From positions 23,357-87,356 of the forward strand of contig CAVSKT010000007.1 of NCBI GenBank assembly GCA_963728575.1: a stretch of 64,000 bases of DNA. Reading direction: 5' to 3'. Position 1 is the first letter of the stretch. Every line of letters begins with the position of its first letter. The notes beneath the pieces were generated by a model, which saw only the letters and a program-made list of their open reading frames with translations, ran no database searches and was not told the origin of the DNA. Origin of the DNA: an uncultured Acidobacteriota bacterium (GTDB taxonomy: Bacteria > Acidobacteriota > Blastocatellia > Pyrinomonadales > Pyrinomonadaceae). Positions 9,589 to 23,467 of the stretch are shown piece by piece. The translations under genes and the position numbers were made by a program.

Positions 9589-10482
9589 TCAAAACAGAGA
9601 GGCTTCCTTTTCATCTTCCGCGGGCGTCGCTGAATCAGCGAGTCGGGGATAAACCTGAAACAGCGGCTTAGGTGCAGTAACAGGTTTCTCCTCCATCGCG
9701 GCTTTGATCTCGACCGCATTCACCACAGCCTGTCCCCGAAAGTGATTATTAGTAATCACATACGTTTCGCGTGTATTCTTCGCGACCTCATTAATCCGCA
9801 CGAGCCACGGATCGAGCTCGTCCAGTGAGTAGAGATAGTTGTAACGCTCATCGCGAGGCGCTTTGTCTCGAAACCAGTTCTGATAATTCCGGCCGTGAAG
9901 ACGCACGTATCCAACGGGCGAAGTGGTCAAAGCTTGCGGTCGAATTGACTTCTTGAACACCGGTTGGTCGATGTTACAAACTCCGACTCCGCGTTCCTCG
10001 AGCCACTCGTAAACTTCCTCGTTGTTCCACGACGTGTGTCGCACTTCCAGAACGAGGGGATACTTTGAAAATCGTTCGATAAGCTTGGCGAGGTAGACCC
10101 GCTCCTCCGCCGTGTTTTTGAAGGACCACGGAAACTGCAACAACAGCGACCCCAGCCTGCCGGCCTTCGCCAGCACGTCCATTCCCTTGCGAAAGTCTTT
10201 TTCGTCCTGCTTAGTCGCCTTGCCTCGCTCGTGCGTGAAGACGCGATTCAACTTGGCAGTGAACGCAAATTCTTTATTGCCCTCAACACGGTTCGCCCAG
10301 GATTTGGTTGTCGAAGGTGTAGGCGGCCGGTAAAAACTGCTGTTGATTTCAATCGTATTGAAGAAGCGTGATAGATATTCGAGCGGATCGAATGTCTTTC
10401 CCGGTTTCTTTGGATAAACCGTTCCTTCCCAGTCTTTGTAAGACCAGCCGGCTGGACCAATACGAATGAGTGGCTTTGCCAT
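9589..10482 (-). CDS. DUF72 (YecE/UPF0759) family protein
   Basis: 297-aa ORF with IRIGPAGWSYKDWEGTVYP and FNTIEINSSFYR, characteristic of DUF72. Confidence 0.85.
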   Translation of the reverse strand: MAKPLIRIGPAGWSYKDWEGTVYPKKPGKTFDPLEYLSRFFNTIEINSSFYRPPTPSTTKSWANRVEGNKEFAFTAKLNRVFTHERGKATKQDEKDFRKGMDVLAKAGRLGSLLLQFPWSFKNTAEERVYLAKLIERFSKYPLVLEVRHTSWNNEEVYEWLEERGVGVCNIDQPVFKKSIRPQALTTSPVGYVRLHGRNYQNWFRDKAPRDERYNYLYSLDELDPWLVRINEVAKNTRETYVITNNHFRGQAVVNAVEIKAAMEEKPVTAPKPLFQVYPRLADSATPAEDEKEASLF

Positions 10483-10576
10483 CTATTCGCTCTTATAGTT
10501 GTGCGTTTGCAAGAATGCAATCCATTTGACAGGATCTACATGATTACTCAAGGCTTATGGAAAGGAGGTGCTATCG

Positions 10577-11620
10577 ATGCGTCTGACTGAGATGGTTTCG
10601 TGTTCCGGTTGAGCGGCGAAGCTTAGCCCGAGCTTGCTCGCTCAAGTTTTGAGCGGGTTACCCAAACAGCCTGCGGATCCAAATCTGATTGTCGGTTTTG
10701 ATACAGCCGACGACGCGGGAGTATACCGCCTCCGAGACGACCTCGCCCTCGTGCAGACGCTCGACTTCTTTACTCCCATCGTCGACGACCCTTACGACTA
10801 CGGGCGCATCGCTGCTCTCAATTCAATAAACGACGTTTGGGCGATGGCTGGCACGCCGATTACCGCGATGGCCATAACCTGCTTCCCGAAGAAAGGCGTA
10901 GATCCGGCGATTCTTGGCGAGATCATGCGTGGTGGTTTGAAAACGCTAAATAAATATGGAGTCACTTTGATTGGCGGTCACAGCGTCGACAACGAACAAA
11001 TCATGTTTGGGTATTCGGTCACCGGCCTAATCGATCCGAACAAGGTCGCGACCAATTCGGGCGCGCGCGTTGGTGACGTGATCATTTTGACAAAGCCAAT
11101 CGGCACGGGAGTGATATCAACAGGAATCAAGAAAGGTCAGGCGAGCGACCAGGTTGTGGCAGCTTCGGTGGAGACGATGCTAACGCCAGGCAAGTACGCC
11201 GCTGAGGCAATGCGGGAGTTTGATGTGAGAGGCGCGACGGATGTAACGGGTTTTGCACTCCTGGGTCACACGTGGGAAATGGCCTGCGCAAGCAAAGTCA
11301 CAATCGAGATAGATGCCAACGCGATTCCGCTTATCGACAGCGCCCTCGAACTCGCTTCACGTGGAATGCTCACCAGTGGCGACAAAACGAACCGAGAATA
11401 TATCGGCGCTGATATCGCAATCGACGACTCCGTTAATGAAAACCTCGTGAAGTTGCTGTTTGATCCCCAAACCGCCGGCGGAATGTTGATCGCAACACCA
11501 GAACCCAACGCCGAGTCACTCCTATTAACACTTAAGAAAAACTACCCTAAAGCGCAGATAATCGGACGCGTTCATCCCCGTGGCCCCCGCTCAATCGTCG
11601 TTACCGGGCCAAGTGAATGA
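10577..11620 (+). CDS. selD: Selenide,water dikinase (selenophosphate synthetase) with active-site selenocysteine encoded by TGA 10610-10612
   Basis: The ORF track starts at 10634. The same frame opens at ATG 10577, 8 nt after AAGGAGG (10562-10568). It reads [27 protein letters not shown], matching the SelD N-terminal G-[C/U]-x-x-K-[IL]-S-P motif. The body has [30 protein letters not shown]. Confidence 0.85.
10613..10657 (+). promoter_or_regulatory. Candidate bacterial SECIS region downstream of the selD UGA
   Basis: Two hairpins in the expected window: AAGCU-UAGCCCG-AGCUU (10619-10635) and CUCGCUCAA-GUU-UUGAGCGGG (10637-10657). Which one acts as the SECIS cannot be decided by eye. Confidence 0.4.
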
Positions 11621-12996
11621 ATCTTTCCAACAGAGTCACCAAACTCAACAACACCAAAGAGAACACAAAAGGCCGCTACGTCCTCTACTGGATGCAGATG
11701 TTCAAGCGTGCGAGCCATAACTACGCGCTGAACGTTGCGATCCAGATGGCAAACGAAAGGCGACTGCCGCTCGTCGTCTATGAAGGATTGAAGTTTTACT
11801 ACCCGTGGGCGTGCGATCGGTTTCACACGTTCATTCTCGAAGGAGTCGAGGAGAAGTATGCGGAGTTTGCCGAACGCGGAATTCGCTATGTCTTTTATTT
11901 ACAGCGAAACAACCGAGATCCGAAGAAAACAGTTGCGCGGCTCGCGAAAGACGCGGCGTTGCTCGTTACCGACGACTATCCCTGTTTCATCATTCCGGAA
12001 CACAATGAACGCATCGCTCAGTTGAACCTACCTGTGTATGCGGTGGACGCCAACGGCATGGTTCCGTTGTCAGCGTTGCCGAAAGAAGAGTACGCGGCCT
12101 TTACGATCCGCCCGAAAATCCAGCGTCTTTTACCCGACTTGCCGCGCGCGATCGTGACGCCGCACGTCGAAGTTCAAAAGCCGGAGCTCGATGTTGACTG
12201 TCCGGAGACGACAATTTCTTCAGACAACATTGCCGAGCTCGTAAGCCAATGTGACATCGATCACTCCGTGAAGCCCTCGAAGCTTTATCATGGCGGCACA
12301 AAAGCCGGACGCAAGAGGCTCACGCATTTCATTCGTGGCATCCTGCCGCATTACAACAAAACGCATAACGAACCATCATTCGACGGCGTTTCGCGTCTGA
12401 GCCCATATCTGCATTTCGGTTTTTTATCGATTCAGGAAGTGGTGGATGCGGTCGAGCGTTCGAATGCCCTGAAGCCGGGTAAAGAAGCATTCCTGGAGCA
12501 GGTGATCGTCAGACGTGAGCTGTCTTTCAACTTCACGCGACATAATCCCGATTACGACTCCTTAAAGTCTCTTCCCGACTGGGCCTTGCAAACGATGCGC
12601 GAACACGCGGACGATCCGCGCCCCGAACTGCTGGACGCCGACGTAATCGAAAAGGGCGAAACTTACGACGAGCTCTGGAACGCAGCTCAGCGCGAGCTAG
12701 TCTGTACGGGACATTTACACAACTATGTTCGCATGCTGTGGGGCAAGCGCGTCATCGAGTGGCAAAGGAGCTACGAGATGGCATTCGAGCTGTTAGTCCA
12801 TCTGAACAACAAGTATGCGCTCGACGGTCGCGATCCGAATTCCTACGCCGGGATTCTCTGGTGCTTTGGTAAACACGACCGCCCGTGGTTCGACCGGGAA
12901 ATTTTCGGCACTCTGCGGTACATGACCTCCCAAAGCATGGGAAAGAAGTTCCGATCAAAGGAATACATCCGCGCGATGAAAGCATGCGACGTTTAG
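11617..12996 (+). CDS. phr: Class II CPD deoxyribodipyrimidine photolyase
   Basis: 459-aa ORF with [54 protein letters not shown] and [23 protein letters not shown]. The start overlaps the selD stop (ATGA). Confidence 0.9.
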   Translation: MNLSNRVTKLNNTKENTKGRYVLYWMQMFKRASHNYALNVAIQMANERRLPLVVYEGLKFYYPWACDRFHTFILEGVEEKYAEFAERGIRYVFYLQRNNRDPKKTVARLAKDAALLVTDDYPCFIIPEHNERIAQLNLPVYAVDANGMVPLSALPKEEYAAFTIRPKIQRLLPDLPRAIVTPHVEVQKPELDVDCPETTISSDNIAELVSQCDIDHSVKPSKLYHGGTKAGRKRLTHFIRGILPHYNKTHNEPSFDGVSRLSPYLHFGFLSIQEVVDAVERSNALKPGKEAFLEQVIVRRELSFNFTRHNPDYDSLKSLPDWALQTMREHADDPRPELLDADVIEKGETYDELWNAAQRELVCTGHLHNYVRMLWGKRVIEWQRSYEMAFELLVHLNNKYALDGRDPNSYAGILWCFGKHDRPWFDREIFGTLRYMTSQSMGKKFRSKEYIRAMKACDV

Positions 12997-13054
12997 AGTT
13001 CAAGCTTTAGCTTGCCAGTCCCAAATGCAGCCTAAAGGCTGAACTCTAAACGTC
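12988..13054. terminator. Long imperfect hairpin overlapping the photolyase stop codon
   Basis: GACGTTTAGAGTTCAAGCTTTAG (12988-13010) pairs with CCTAAAGGCTGAACTCTAAACGTC (13031-13054). The outer 15 bp are perfect. No clear T-tract. Confidence 0.55.
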
Positions 13055-13102
13055 GTCTGTGGATTGCTGACGCGGCAGCGAGTATTATTGCGGTAATCAA
13101 TC

Positions 13103-14419
13103 ATGGCTACAACAATACGCGATATTTCAAGGCAGGATACCGTCTCGCTCGCCGAGCTCTACCAGCACGTTCGCGCGCGCACGATGCAGATCGTCGCGCC
13201 GCTCGAGATTGAAGACTATGTGATCCAGACCGCGGACTTCATGAGTCCGCCGCGCTGGCACATCGGCCACACGTCGTGGTTCTTCGAAACAGTGCTCAGG
13301 GCTCACAAACCAGGTTATCGCGTTTATTCCGACGATTTTCTGTTCTACTTCAACTCGTATTACGAGGGATTTGGCGAACGAATCGAACGCCCGAAACGCG
13401 GAACGAAGTCGCGCCCGACGGTTAAGGAAACAGTTGCTTACCGCAATCATATCGACGAGCAGTTGCTGGCACTTTTACAGTCGCCGTCTGAAACGGTGCA
13501 ATCCCTGGTCCGGCTCGGACTCGAACACGAAATGCAGCACCAGGAGTTGCTCGTTTACGATATCAAGCACTTGCTCTGTGACCAGTTTAACGCTCCAACG
13601 AACCCGTTGCCGAAACCCGTAGGCAAAGTTGAAGGGATGGCTGAGGTCGAGGGGGGATTATTCCGGTTGGGCTACGCGTCCGGCGATTTCGCGTTTGACA
13701 ACGAAAAGCCCGAGCACCAGGTGTTCCTTCGGGACTTCGCGATCGATAAAGCTCCGGTTAGCAACGGAGAGTTTCTGGAATTCATTCGCGATGGCGGATA
13801 TCAGAACTTCCGCTGGTGGTTTTCCGAAGGGTGGGCAACGGTGAATACCGAGCACTGGCAAGCGCCGCTTTACTGGGAACTTCACGACGGCGAATGGATG
13901 ATCCGGGACTTTTCCGGTCTTCACTCCGCTGAAAGCAGAAGCGATGAGCCCGTTTCGCACGTTAGTTTTTTCGAGGCGTCTGCATTTGCGAAATGGGCAG
14001 GCAAGCGTTTGCCGGCTGAAGCGGAATGGGAGAAGGCGGCGTGCTATGATGCGCAGCGCAACGTAAAAAACCCATTTCCATGGGGCGAGGCTTCCCCCGA
14101 CAGCGGCAACACAAATTTATTCGAGAATGGTTACTGGTCAGTTGCTCCAATTGGAGCCTTTCCGGAAGGCGCGAGTGCCTACGGTTGCCAGCAGATGATT
14201 GGCGACGTTTGGGAGTGGACCACTTCCGATTACGTGCCGTATCCGGGATTCAAATCAGAGTTTGACGAATACAACGACAAATGGTTCGTCAACCAGAAAG
14301 TCTTGCGCGGCGGCTCGTTTGCGACGCCGCAATTGCACATCAGGTCGACATACCGAAACTTCTTTCACACGCACGAGCGCTGGATGACTTCGGGATTCCG
14401 ATGTGCGAGCGATATCTAG
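13103..14419 (+). CDS. EgtB/SenA-family non-heme iron sulfoxide (or selenoxide) synthase: DinB_2 domain plus FGE-sulfatase domain
   Basis: 438-aa [19 protein letters not shown] and [11 protein letters not shown] form the His triad region of EgtB. C-terminal [17 protein letters not shown] and LRGGSFAT belong to the FGE-like fold. Confidence 0.8.
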   Translation: MATTIRDISRQDTVSLAELYQHVRARTMQIVAPLEIEDYVIQTADFMSPPRWHIGHTSWFFETVLRAHKPGYRVYSDDFLFYFNSYYEGFGERIERPKRGTKSRPTVKETVAYRNHIDEQLLALLQSPSETVQSLVRLGLEHEMQHQELLVYDIKHLLCDQFNAPTNPLPKPVGKVEGMAEVEGGLFRLGYASGDFAFDNEKPEHQVFLRDFAIDKAPVSNGEFLEFIRDGGYQNFRWWFSEGWATVNTEHWQAPLYWELHDGEWMIRDFSGLHSAESRSDEPVSHVSFFEASAFAKWAGKRLPAEAEWEKAACYDAQRNVKNPFPWGEASPDSGNTNLFENGYWSVAPIGAFPEGASAYGCQQMIGDVWEWTTSDYVPYPGFKSEFDEYNDKWFVNQKVLRGGSFATPQLHIRSTYRNFFHTHERWMTSGFRCASDI

Positions 14420-14421
14420 TA

Positions 14422-14476
14422 CACAAAAAGCACAAAAGAGCTTTGGCTGATTAAAAATTTTTTGTGCCTTTTGTGG
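14422..14476. terminator. CACAAAAG-type word-repeat hairpin downstream of the EgtB-like gene
   Basis: CACAAAAAGCACAAAAG ... CTTTTGTGCCTTTTGTG, with one mismatch. Begins 3 nt after the stop codon. Confidence 0.6.
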
Positions 14477-14505
14477 CCACAAGCCCGCCTAAAAAGGAGA
14501 ACACT

Positions 14506-17543
<3,038 letters not shown>

Positions 17544-17547
<4 letters not shown>

Positions 17548-18188
17548 CGACAGTTCTGACGGACATCGAAACGCGGGTGTTGGGGTCGCTCATCGAGAAG
17601 CAGGTGACTACGCCTGAGTATTATCCGCTGACGCTCAATGCTCTGACACTCGCGTGTAATCAGAAGAACAACCGCCATCCCGTCACCGCGTACACCGAGA
17701 ACCAGGTTTCTGACGCGGTGGAGAGTCTGCGTGAAAAGAATCTCGCGTACGTGTTTTACGGCAGCACGAGTCGTGTGCCGAAATTCAAGCACGTGATGCC
17801 GGAAGTGATGCACTTGAAGCCGGCTGAAACTGCTTTGATGTGTGTGCTGATGTTGCGCGGAGCGCAAACACTCGGTGAGCTCCGCGGAAACGCCTCACGT
17901 CTTCACGACTTTTCTTCGCTCGAAGAGGTTGAGCAGACGCTGAACGAGCTGATCACACGTGACATGGAACCGCTCGTCGTGCGTTTGCCGCGCCAACCGG
18001 GACAGAAAGAAGGTCGATTTGCTCACTTGCTTTCGGGTGAGATCGACGTCGAGGCGCTGGCAGTGGAAAGTGAACGCGCTCCGACGCCTCGACGTCCCAA
18101 TGCACTTGAGGAAAAGGTTGACGCGCTCGCCGCAGAAGTCGAAAAGTTGAAAGAGCAATTCGAGCAGTTTCGGAAACAATTCGAGTAA
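17544..18188 (+). CDS. yceH: YceH/DUF480 (UPF0502) family protein
   Basis: GTG 17544 overlaps the M14 stop (GTGA). LTDIETRVLGSLIEKQVTTPEYYPLTLNALTLACNQKNNRHPV and LRGAQTLGELR align closely with E. coli YceH. About 214 aa, as expected. Confidence 0.85.
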
Positions 18189-18282
18189 AGCCACACAAGG
18201 CACACAAGGAAAATGTTTTCATGCCTGGGCCTGTGTTTCAACTATGCAAGTACTCACGCGACCGGTATAATAACCCTCCCTT

Positions 18283-21200
18283 ATGAATCTCGAAATTTTT
18301 CATCCAGCCGTGGCGCGCTGGTTTGCCCGGAGCTTTCCCGCGCCAACCCAGCCACAAATCGACGCGTGGCCGGAAATCAAGAAACAGCGGCACACGGTGA
18401 TCGCTGCGCCAACCGGATCAGGTAAAACTCTCGCGGCATTCCTTTCCGCCATCGACGACCTTGTTCGTCTTGGTGTTGAAGGAAAACTTGACGACTCGAC
18501 GCACGTCATCTACGTCTCACCACTAAAAGCACTCAGCAACGACGTACAACGAAATCTCCAGGCGCCACTCGAAGGGATTCAGGCCGAGCTGAAGGCGATG
18601 GGATTGCCCGAAGTGAATATCCGCACACTCGTGCGCACGGGCGATACGCCTGCATCCGAACGCACGGCGATGACAAAGCGCCCGCCCCACATCGTCGTCA
18701 CGACTCCTGAATCGCTTTACATCCTGTTGACCAGTGAAGGCGGACGACGGATGTTGGAAACTGCGCGAACGCTGATTGTCGACGAGATTCACGCTGTTGT
18801 GGGAGACAAGCGTGGTTCGCACCTCGCGCTTTCAGTCGAACGTCTTGAACAACTTGTTCGCCGGCATTCAAACGGCAATTCTGGTCTAACGCGCATCGGT
18901 CTTTCAGCGACACAGCGGCCGATTGAAGAAGTGGCGAGGTTTCTCGTCGGCACCGAGAACTCAAACGCCGCCAACCTGACGAACTGCGCCATCATCGACA
19001 GTGGCCACGCTCGGAAACTCGACGTCGCGATCGAACTGCCCGAGTCCCCTGTCCAGGCAGTTATGTCAGGCGAGGTCTGGGAAGAAGTTTACGATCGACT
19101 GGCCGAACTCATTCGCCAGCACAACACCACGCTTGTGTTTGTGAACACGCGGCGCCTTGCAGAGCGTGTTTCAAGACATTTGGGCGAGCGCATTGGCGAC
19201 GAAAACATCGCGGCCCACCATGGCAGTCTTGCTCGCGAACAACGACTGATGGCTGAGCAGCGATTGAAGTCAGGCGAGCTGAGCGCCTTAGTCGCAACGG
19301 CCTCGCTTGAACTGGGTATTGATATTGGCGACGTGAACCTCGTTTGCCAGCTTGGCTCAACTCGGTCCATCGCCAGCTTCCTGCAACGTGTTGGACGCTC
19401 AAACCACACGGTCGAAGGTTTTCCGAAGGGCAGGATTTTTCCGCTTTCGCGTGACGAGTTGGTTGAGTGTGCGGCGATTGCTGATTCAGTTCGTCGTGGA
19501 GAGCTCGATCATCTGGAGATACCGGAGCGTCCGCTCGACATTTTGGCCCAGCAGATCGTCGCCGCAGTCGCGGCAGAAGAGTGGACTGAAGACGATCTCT
19601 TCGCGATGGTTCGTCGCGCGTATCCTTATCGCAATTTGGAACGCGAGCAGTTTGATTCAATCGTGCGGATGCTTGCGGAGGGTTTTACAACCAAGCGAGG
19701 GCGGCGATCGACTTACCTCCATCACGATGCAGTAAACCAGCGGCTGCGTGGACGAAGAGGCGCGCGACTCGCGGCGATTACATCAGGTGGTGCGATTCCT
19801 GACACTGCTGACTACGCAGTCGTGCTCGAACCGAGCGAGCTCGTTATCGGCTCTGTTAATGAAGACTTTGCTATCGAGAGTTTGCAGGGCGACATCTTTC
19901 AACTCGGCAATGCTTCATGGCGCGTGCTTCGGGTGGAGCAGGGAAAGGTGCGAGTCGAGGACGCACACGGCCAGCCACCATCGATTCCGTTCTGGCTGGG
20001 TGAGGCGCCCGCGCGAACTCATGAGTTGTCGATTTCGGTGTCGCGGCTACGGGAAGAAGTTGCGGCGCGGATTAACGCGGATGAAAACGGATCAGGGGTT
20101 AATCTCGAGGGGGCGTTGAAGTGGCTAGTGGAGGAAGTGGGTGTCTCGAGGTTCGCGGCGGAGCAGATTGTTGAGTATCTGGCGGGTGCAAAGATAGTGC
20201 TGGGAGTTATGCCTTCGCAGCAGAATTTAGTGCTGGAGAGGTTCTTTGACGACAGTGGCAGCATGCAGCTAGTCCTGCACTCACCGTTTGGGAGTCGGCT
20301 CAATCGCGCGTGGGGATTGGCGCTGCGCAAGCGCTTCTGTCGGAAGTTCAACTTTGAACTCCAGGCTGCCGCAACGGAGGATGCGATCGTTCTCTCACTC
20401 GGACCAACCCACAGCTTCCCGCTCGACGACGTCTTTCACTATCTCAACTCAAAGACGGTGCGCCAGCTCCTCTGCCAGGCCTTACTGGATGCACCAATGT
20501 GGAATATTCGCTGGCGCTGGAATGTGACGCGTTCGTTGGCAGTGTTGCGGCGACGCGGTGGCAAGAAGATCCCGCCCCAGTTGCAGCGTATGGACGCGGA
20601 AGATCTGCTCACCGCCATCTTCCCGGACCAGGTGGCGTGTGCTGAAAACTTAACCGGCGGCGAACGTGAGATTCCGTCTCATCCACTCGTCGATCAAACA
20701 GTAAAAGATTGTCTCGAAGAGGCGATGGACATCGATGGTCTCGAGCGTCTGCTGACCTCGATTGAGCGAAATGAAAAGAATCTCTTCGCGCGCGACGTGA
20801 TTGAAGCTTCGCCTTTATCGCAGGAAATACTTAACGCCAGGCCCTATGCATACCTCGACGATGCCCCTCTCGAAGAACGCCGCACGCGCGCTGTTTTTCA
20901 ACGGCGCTGGCTCGATCCTGAAACTGCTGCCGATATGGGCAAGCTCGACCAGGCTGCGATCGATCGCGTGCGTGATGAAGTTTGGCCCGAACCGCGCAAT
21001 GCCGATGAGCTTCACGACGCCCTGGTTGAACTTGGTTTCGTGACGGAACAGGAAGGCGCGAATTGGCACGACTTCTTTGCTGAGTTAAAGAACGATCGGC
21101 GCGCGGGAATCTTAAACGGAAAGTTGTGGGTTGCCGCCGAGCGTCTGCCGCAGATCACTGCCGTTTATGCAAATCCTGCTTTAGACCCTGCGATTGTGGC

Positions 21201-22653
21201 GCCGGAAAGCGTCAGCCGTACCGCTTGGACTGCGGAAGAAGCGCTCGTCGAAATCATCCGCGGTCGTCTTGAAGGTCTGGGCCCAGTCACTGTAGACCAG
21301 TTGGTTGCCTCTTCAGGTTTGAGCAAGCTGGAGATCGAAACGGCACTGTTGCGACTCGAAGCTGAAGGATTTGTGATCCGCGGCAAGTTCACGCCCGGCA
21401 CAACGGAAACCGAGTGGAGCGCGCGCCGGTTGCTCGCGCGAATTCATAGTTACACTTTGAATCGCCTGCGGCAGGAGATCGAGCCCGTCGCGACCAGCGA
21501 CTTCATTCGTTTCCTGCTTGCATGGCAGAAGGTCGCGCCTGACCATCAGATGGAAGGACCCGAAAGTCTTAAAGCCATCATCGAACAGTTGGAAGGCGTC
21601 GAAGCCCCAGCCGCCGCATGGGAAGGTGAACTCCTTCCGGCCCGAATGGTCGAGTACGATCCTGCGTGGCTAGATGCGTTGTGTTTGTCGGGTGAAGTGG
21701 TTTGGGCACGTCTGACGCCGCTTGCACGTTCCGCGGAGACTGAAAGAGCGCGCGGCTCTGGTCCAGTGAGGAATACTCCCATAGCTCTCATGCGCCGCAA
21801 GAGCTTTGCCCTCTGGAGCTCTGTATTTCCACAACCCGCACCAACCATCACATCAGAGTTTTCAACTACGACGCAGATGGTTCATGACTATCTCGCAATG
21901 CGTGGCGCATCGTTCTTCACGGACATTGTTGAGAATACGAAATTGTTGCGCAGCCAGGTTGAAGAAGCACTTGCTGAACTGGTTGCGAATGGTGTGGTTG
22001 TGTCTGACAGTTTCGCCGGACTGCGCGCTTTGTTAACACCAGGCAGCAGGAAGACGCAGGCGGCAGCGCGTCGCAAGCATCGCCAGCCGGTTTACGACAT
22101 GGCGAGCGCCGGTCGATGGTCAATCCTGCAGCGCGGGAACGTAACACCAACCTCTTTAGATCCGGCGTTGGGCGAAGAAGTCGCGTGGGTGCTTCTCAAA
22201 CGCTATGGTGTGGTATTCAAACGTTTGTTGGAGCGAGAAGGGATCGCAGTGCCGTGGCGTGTGCTGCTGCGCATCTATCATCGACTGGAAGCACGCGGTG
22301 ACATTCGTGGCGGAAGGTTTGTCGCAAGTATCTCCGGCGAGCAGTTTGCACTGCCTGAAGCGATTGGAATGCTGAGATCGATTCGTCGCGCCGGTGCGCA
22401 GGAGAGTTTGATTTCCATCAGTGCAGCCGATCCTTTGAACCTCGTGGGCATCATCGTTCCCGGCAGCCGGATTACGGCACACACGAGCAATCGCATTCTT
22501 TATCAGGATGGTGCACCGATCGCATCCTTCGAATCAGGTGAAACACACTTTATCGTTGATCTCAGTCGCGCGATGGAGTGGAAAGCCAAGAGCGCGTTGA
22601 TGCGAAAAGCGACTCGACCCGAGCTCAGGTCTTATTTACAACGTCCGGCGTAA
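18283..22653 (+). CDS. lhr: Lhr-family large ATP-dependent DEAD/DEAH-box helicase
   Basis: 1456-aa ORF with Walker [19 protein letters not shown] box (VDEIHAV), SATQRP, and a long Lhr-type C-terminal extension. Confidence 0.9.
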   Translation: MNLEIFHPAVARWFARSFPAPTQPQIDAWPEIKKQRHTVIAAPTGSGKTLAAFLSAIDDLVRLGVEGKLDDSTHVIYVSPLKALSNDVQRNLQAPLEGIQAELKAMGLPEVNIRTLVRTGDTPASERTAMTKRPPHIVVTTPESLYILLTSEGGRRMLETARTLIVDEIHAVVGDKRGSHLALSVERLEQLVRRHSNGNSGLTRIGLSATQRPIEEVARFLVGTENSNAANLTNCAIIDSGHARKLDVAIELPESPVQAVMSGEVWEEVYDRLAELIRQHNTTLVFVNTRRLAERVSRHLGERIGDENIAAHHGSLAREQRLMAEQRLKSGELSALVATASLELGIDIGDVNLVCQLGSTRSIASFLQRVGRSNHTVEGFPKGRIFPLSRDELVECAAIADSVRRGELDHLEIPERPLDILAQQIVAAVAAEEWTEDDLFAMVRRAYPYRNLEREQFDSIVRMLAEGFTTKRGRRSTYLHHDAVNQRLRGRRGARLAAITSGGAIPDTADYAVVLEPSELVIGSVNEDFAIESLQGDIFQLGNASWRVLRVEQGKVRVEDAHGQPPSIPFWLGEAPARTHELSISVSRLREEVAARINADENGSGVNLEGALKWLVEEVGVSRFAAEQIVEYLAGAKIVLGVMPSQQNLVLERFFDDSGSMQLVLHSPFGSRLNRAWGLALRKRFCRKFNFELQAAATEDAIVLSLGPTHSFPLDDVFHYLNSKTVRQLLCQALLDAPMWNIRWRWNVTRSLAVLRRRGGKKIPPQLQRMDAEDLLTAIFPDQVACAENLTGGEREIPSHPLVDQTVKDCLEEAMDIDGLERLLTSIERNEKNLFARDVIEASPLSQEILNARPYAYLDDAPLEERRTRAVFQRRWLDPETAADMGKLDQAAIDRVRDEVWPEPRNADELHDALVELGFVTEQEGANWHDFFAELKNDRRAGILNGKLWVAAERLPQITAVYANPALDPAIVAPESVSRTAWTAEEALVEIIRGRLEGLGPVTVDQLVASSGLSKLEIETALLRLEAEGFVIRGKFTPGTTETEWSARRLLARIHSYTLNRLRQEIEPVATSDFIRFLLAWQKVAPDHQMEGPESLKAIIEQLEGVEAPAAAWEGELLPARMVEYDPAWLDALCLSGEVVWARLTPLARSAETERARGSGPVRNTPIALMRRKSFALWSSVFPQPAPTITSEFSTTTQMVHDYLAMRGASFFTDIVENTKLLRSQVEEALAELVANGVVVSDSFAGLRALLTPGSRKTQAAARRKHRQPVYDMASAGRWSILQRGNVTPTSLDPALGEEVAWVLLKRYGVVFKRLLEREGIAVPWRVLLRIYHRLEARGDIRGGRFVASISGEQFALPEAIGMLRSIRRAGAQESLISISAADPLNLVGIIVPGSRITAHTSNRILYQDGAPIASFESGETHFIVDLSRAMEWKAKSALMRKATRPELRSYLQRPA

Positions 22654-23059
22654 GTCGACCACGCCTCGCTTGCGCCAACGTAAATCCATAACCAAAACTC
22701 ACGCCGATAATTAGAAACGTCAACATAAAACCGAACGCTTCTGTGGCCGACATCTTCCGGTTAATAAGCAGTGCAAGCACGATGAATACCGGAATGTTGC
22801 AAATCACACCTGTCAGCAACGGAAATCTGTTGCGGGGATTGACTCCGCCCAGGCGTCGCTTCAACCAGTAGAGACTGGGCGTATACACGACGAGCATCAG
22901 TATTCCCGATGCCATAATCGATAGCACCGAGAACCCGAGGATGTCAGTCGTCGTGAAGTCCACTCCCGAATTGGTGAAATAGAGAGTTGCGACAATGAAC
23001 AGACACCCTGCAAGCCACGCAACCACTGCATTTACGAGAAATTTGATGAGCGTTTTCAT
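22625..23059 (-). CDS. Hypothetical four-TM membrane protein
   Basis: 144-aa ORF with four clear hydrophobic segments. Its 3' end overlaps the lhr 3' end by 29 nt (convergent). No family recognised. Confidence 0.55.
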   Translation of the reverse strand: MKTLIKFLVNAVVAWLAGCLFIVATLYFTNSGVDFTTTDILGFSVLSIMASGILMLVVYTPSLYWLKRRLGGVNPRNRFPLLTGVICNIPVFIVLALLINRKMSATEAFGFMLTFLIIGVSFGYGFTLAQARRGRLTPDVVNKT

Positions 23060-23467
23060 TTGGTTGGTACCTGATAACCAAACGTTCAGGAACGTAGAAC
23101 GTTAACGCTCAGAAAAACCTGGAATCGGGCCGCCATTGGCACTGCTTTTAGAGTGGACAGGCGTTAATCCCAGTTCAACAAAGGTGCCAATGAAAGTACT
23201 AGCCCCAAAAAACCAAACGATTTCCTTAGAGTTTTCGGTAACCAAACGTAAGACGTGGCGTTTTGCCCTGGTTAACCCAAGAACCTTAGTGCCATCGACT
23301 CTCGATTTTATGCGCGTGAACAACGCCACGGTACGAGAAGGCCGAGCCCACCGCGTGTGGCCGCCTGATGTTTTGCGCAAGTTTCAGACGGCGGAGATCA
23401 TCACGGAGCAAAAAACGCCGCATTACGTCCTGCGCGACACGAGCATTTCCCCGGTAGCACGATAAGC

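Noticed and set aside
13103-14419. FGE-sulfatase/C-type-lectin fold protein as a possible diversity-generating retroelement target
   Set aside because: No reverse transcriptase, template repeat or adenine-specific variable region is visible nearby. The DinB_2 N-domain and His triad indicate an EgtB-type enzyme.
14464-14505. Upstream alternative starts for the M14 gene (14464), yceH (17412), rtcB (46524), the kinase (42689), the BatA-N gene (55851) and the DUF4175-like gene (53675)
   Set aside because: Each extension runs through a hairpin or terminator, or through the preceding gene. Internal ATG or GTG codons with good RBS or overlap coupling give N-termini matching family expectations (signal peptides, the YceH alignment, the BatA N-terminal motif).
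18189-18240. CACACAAGG...CCTGTGT segment after yceH as a terminator of the word-repeat family
   Set aside because: The arms pair only weakly (a few base pairs plus a small GAAAA/TTTTC hairpin). It is noted as a possible degenerate family member but not called as a feature.
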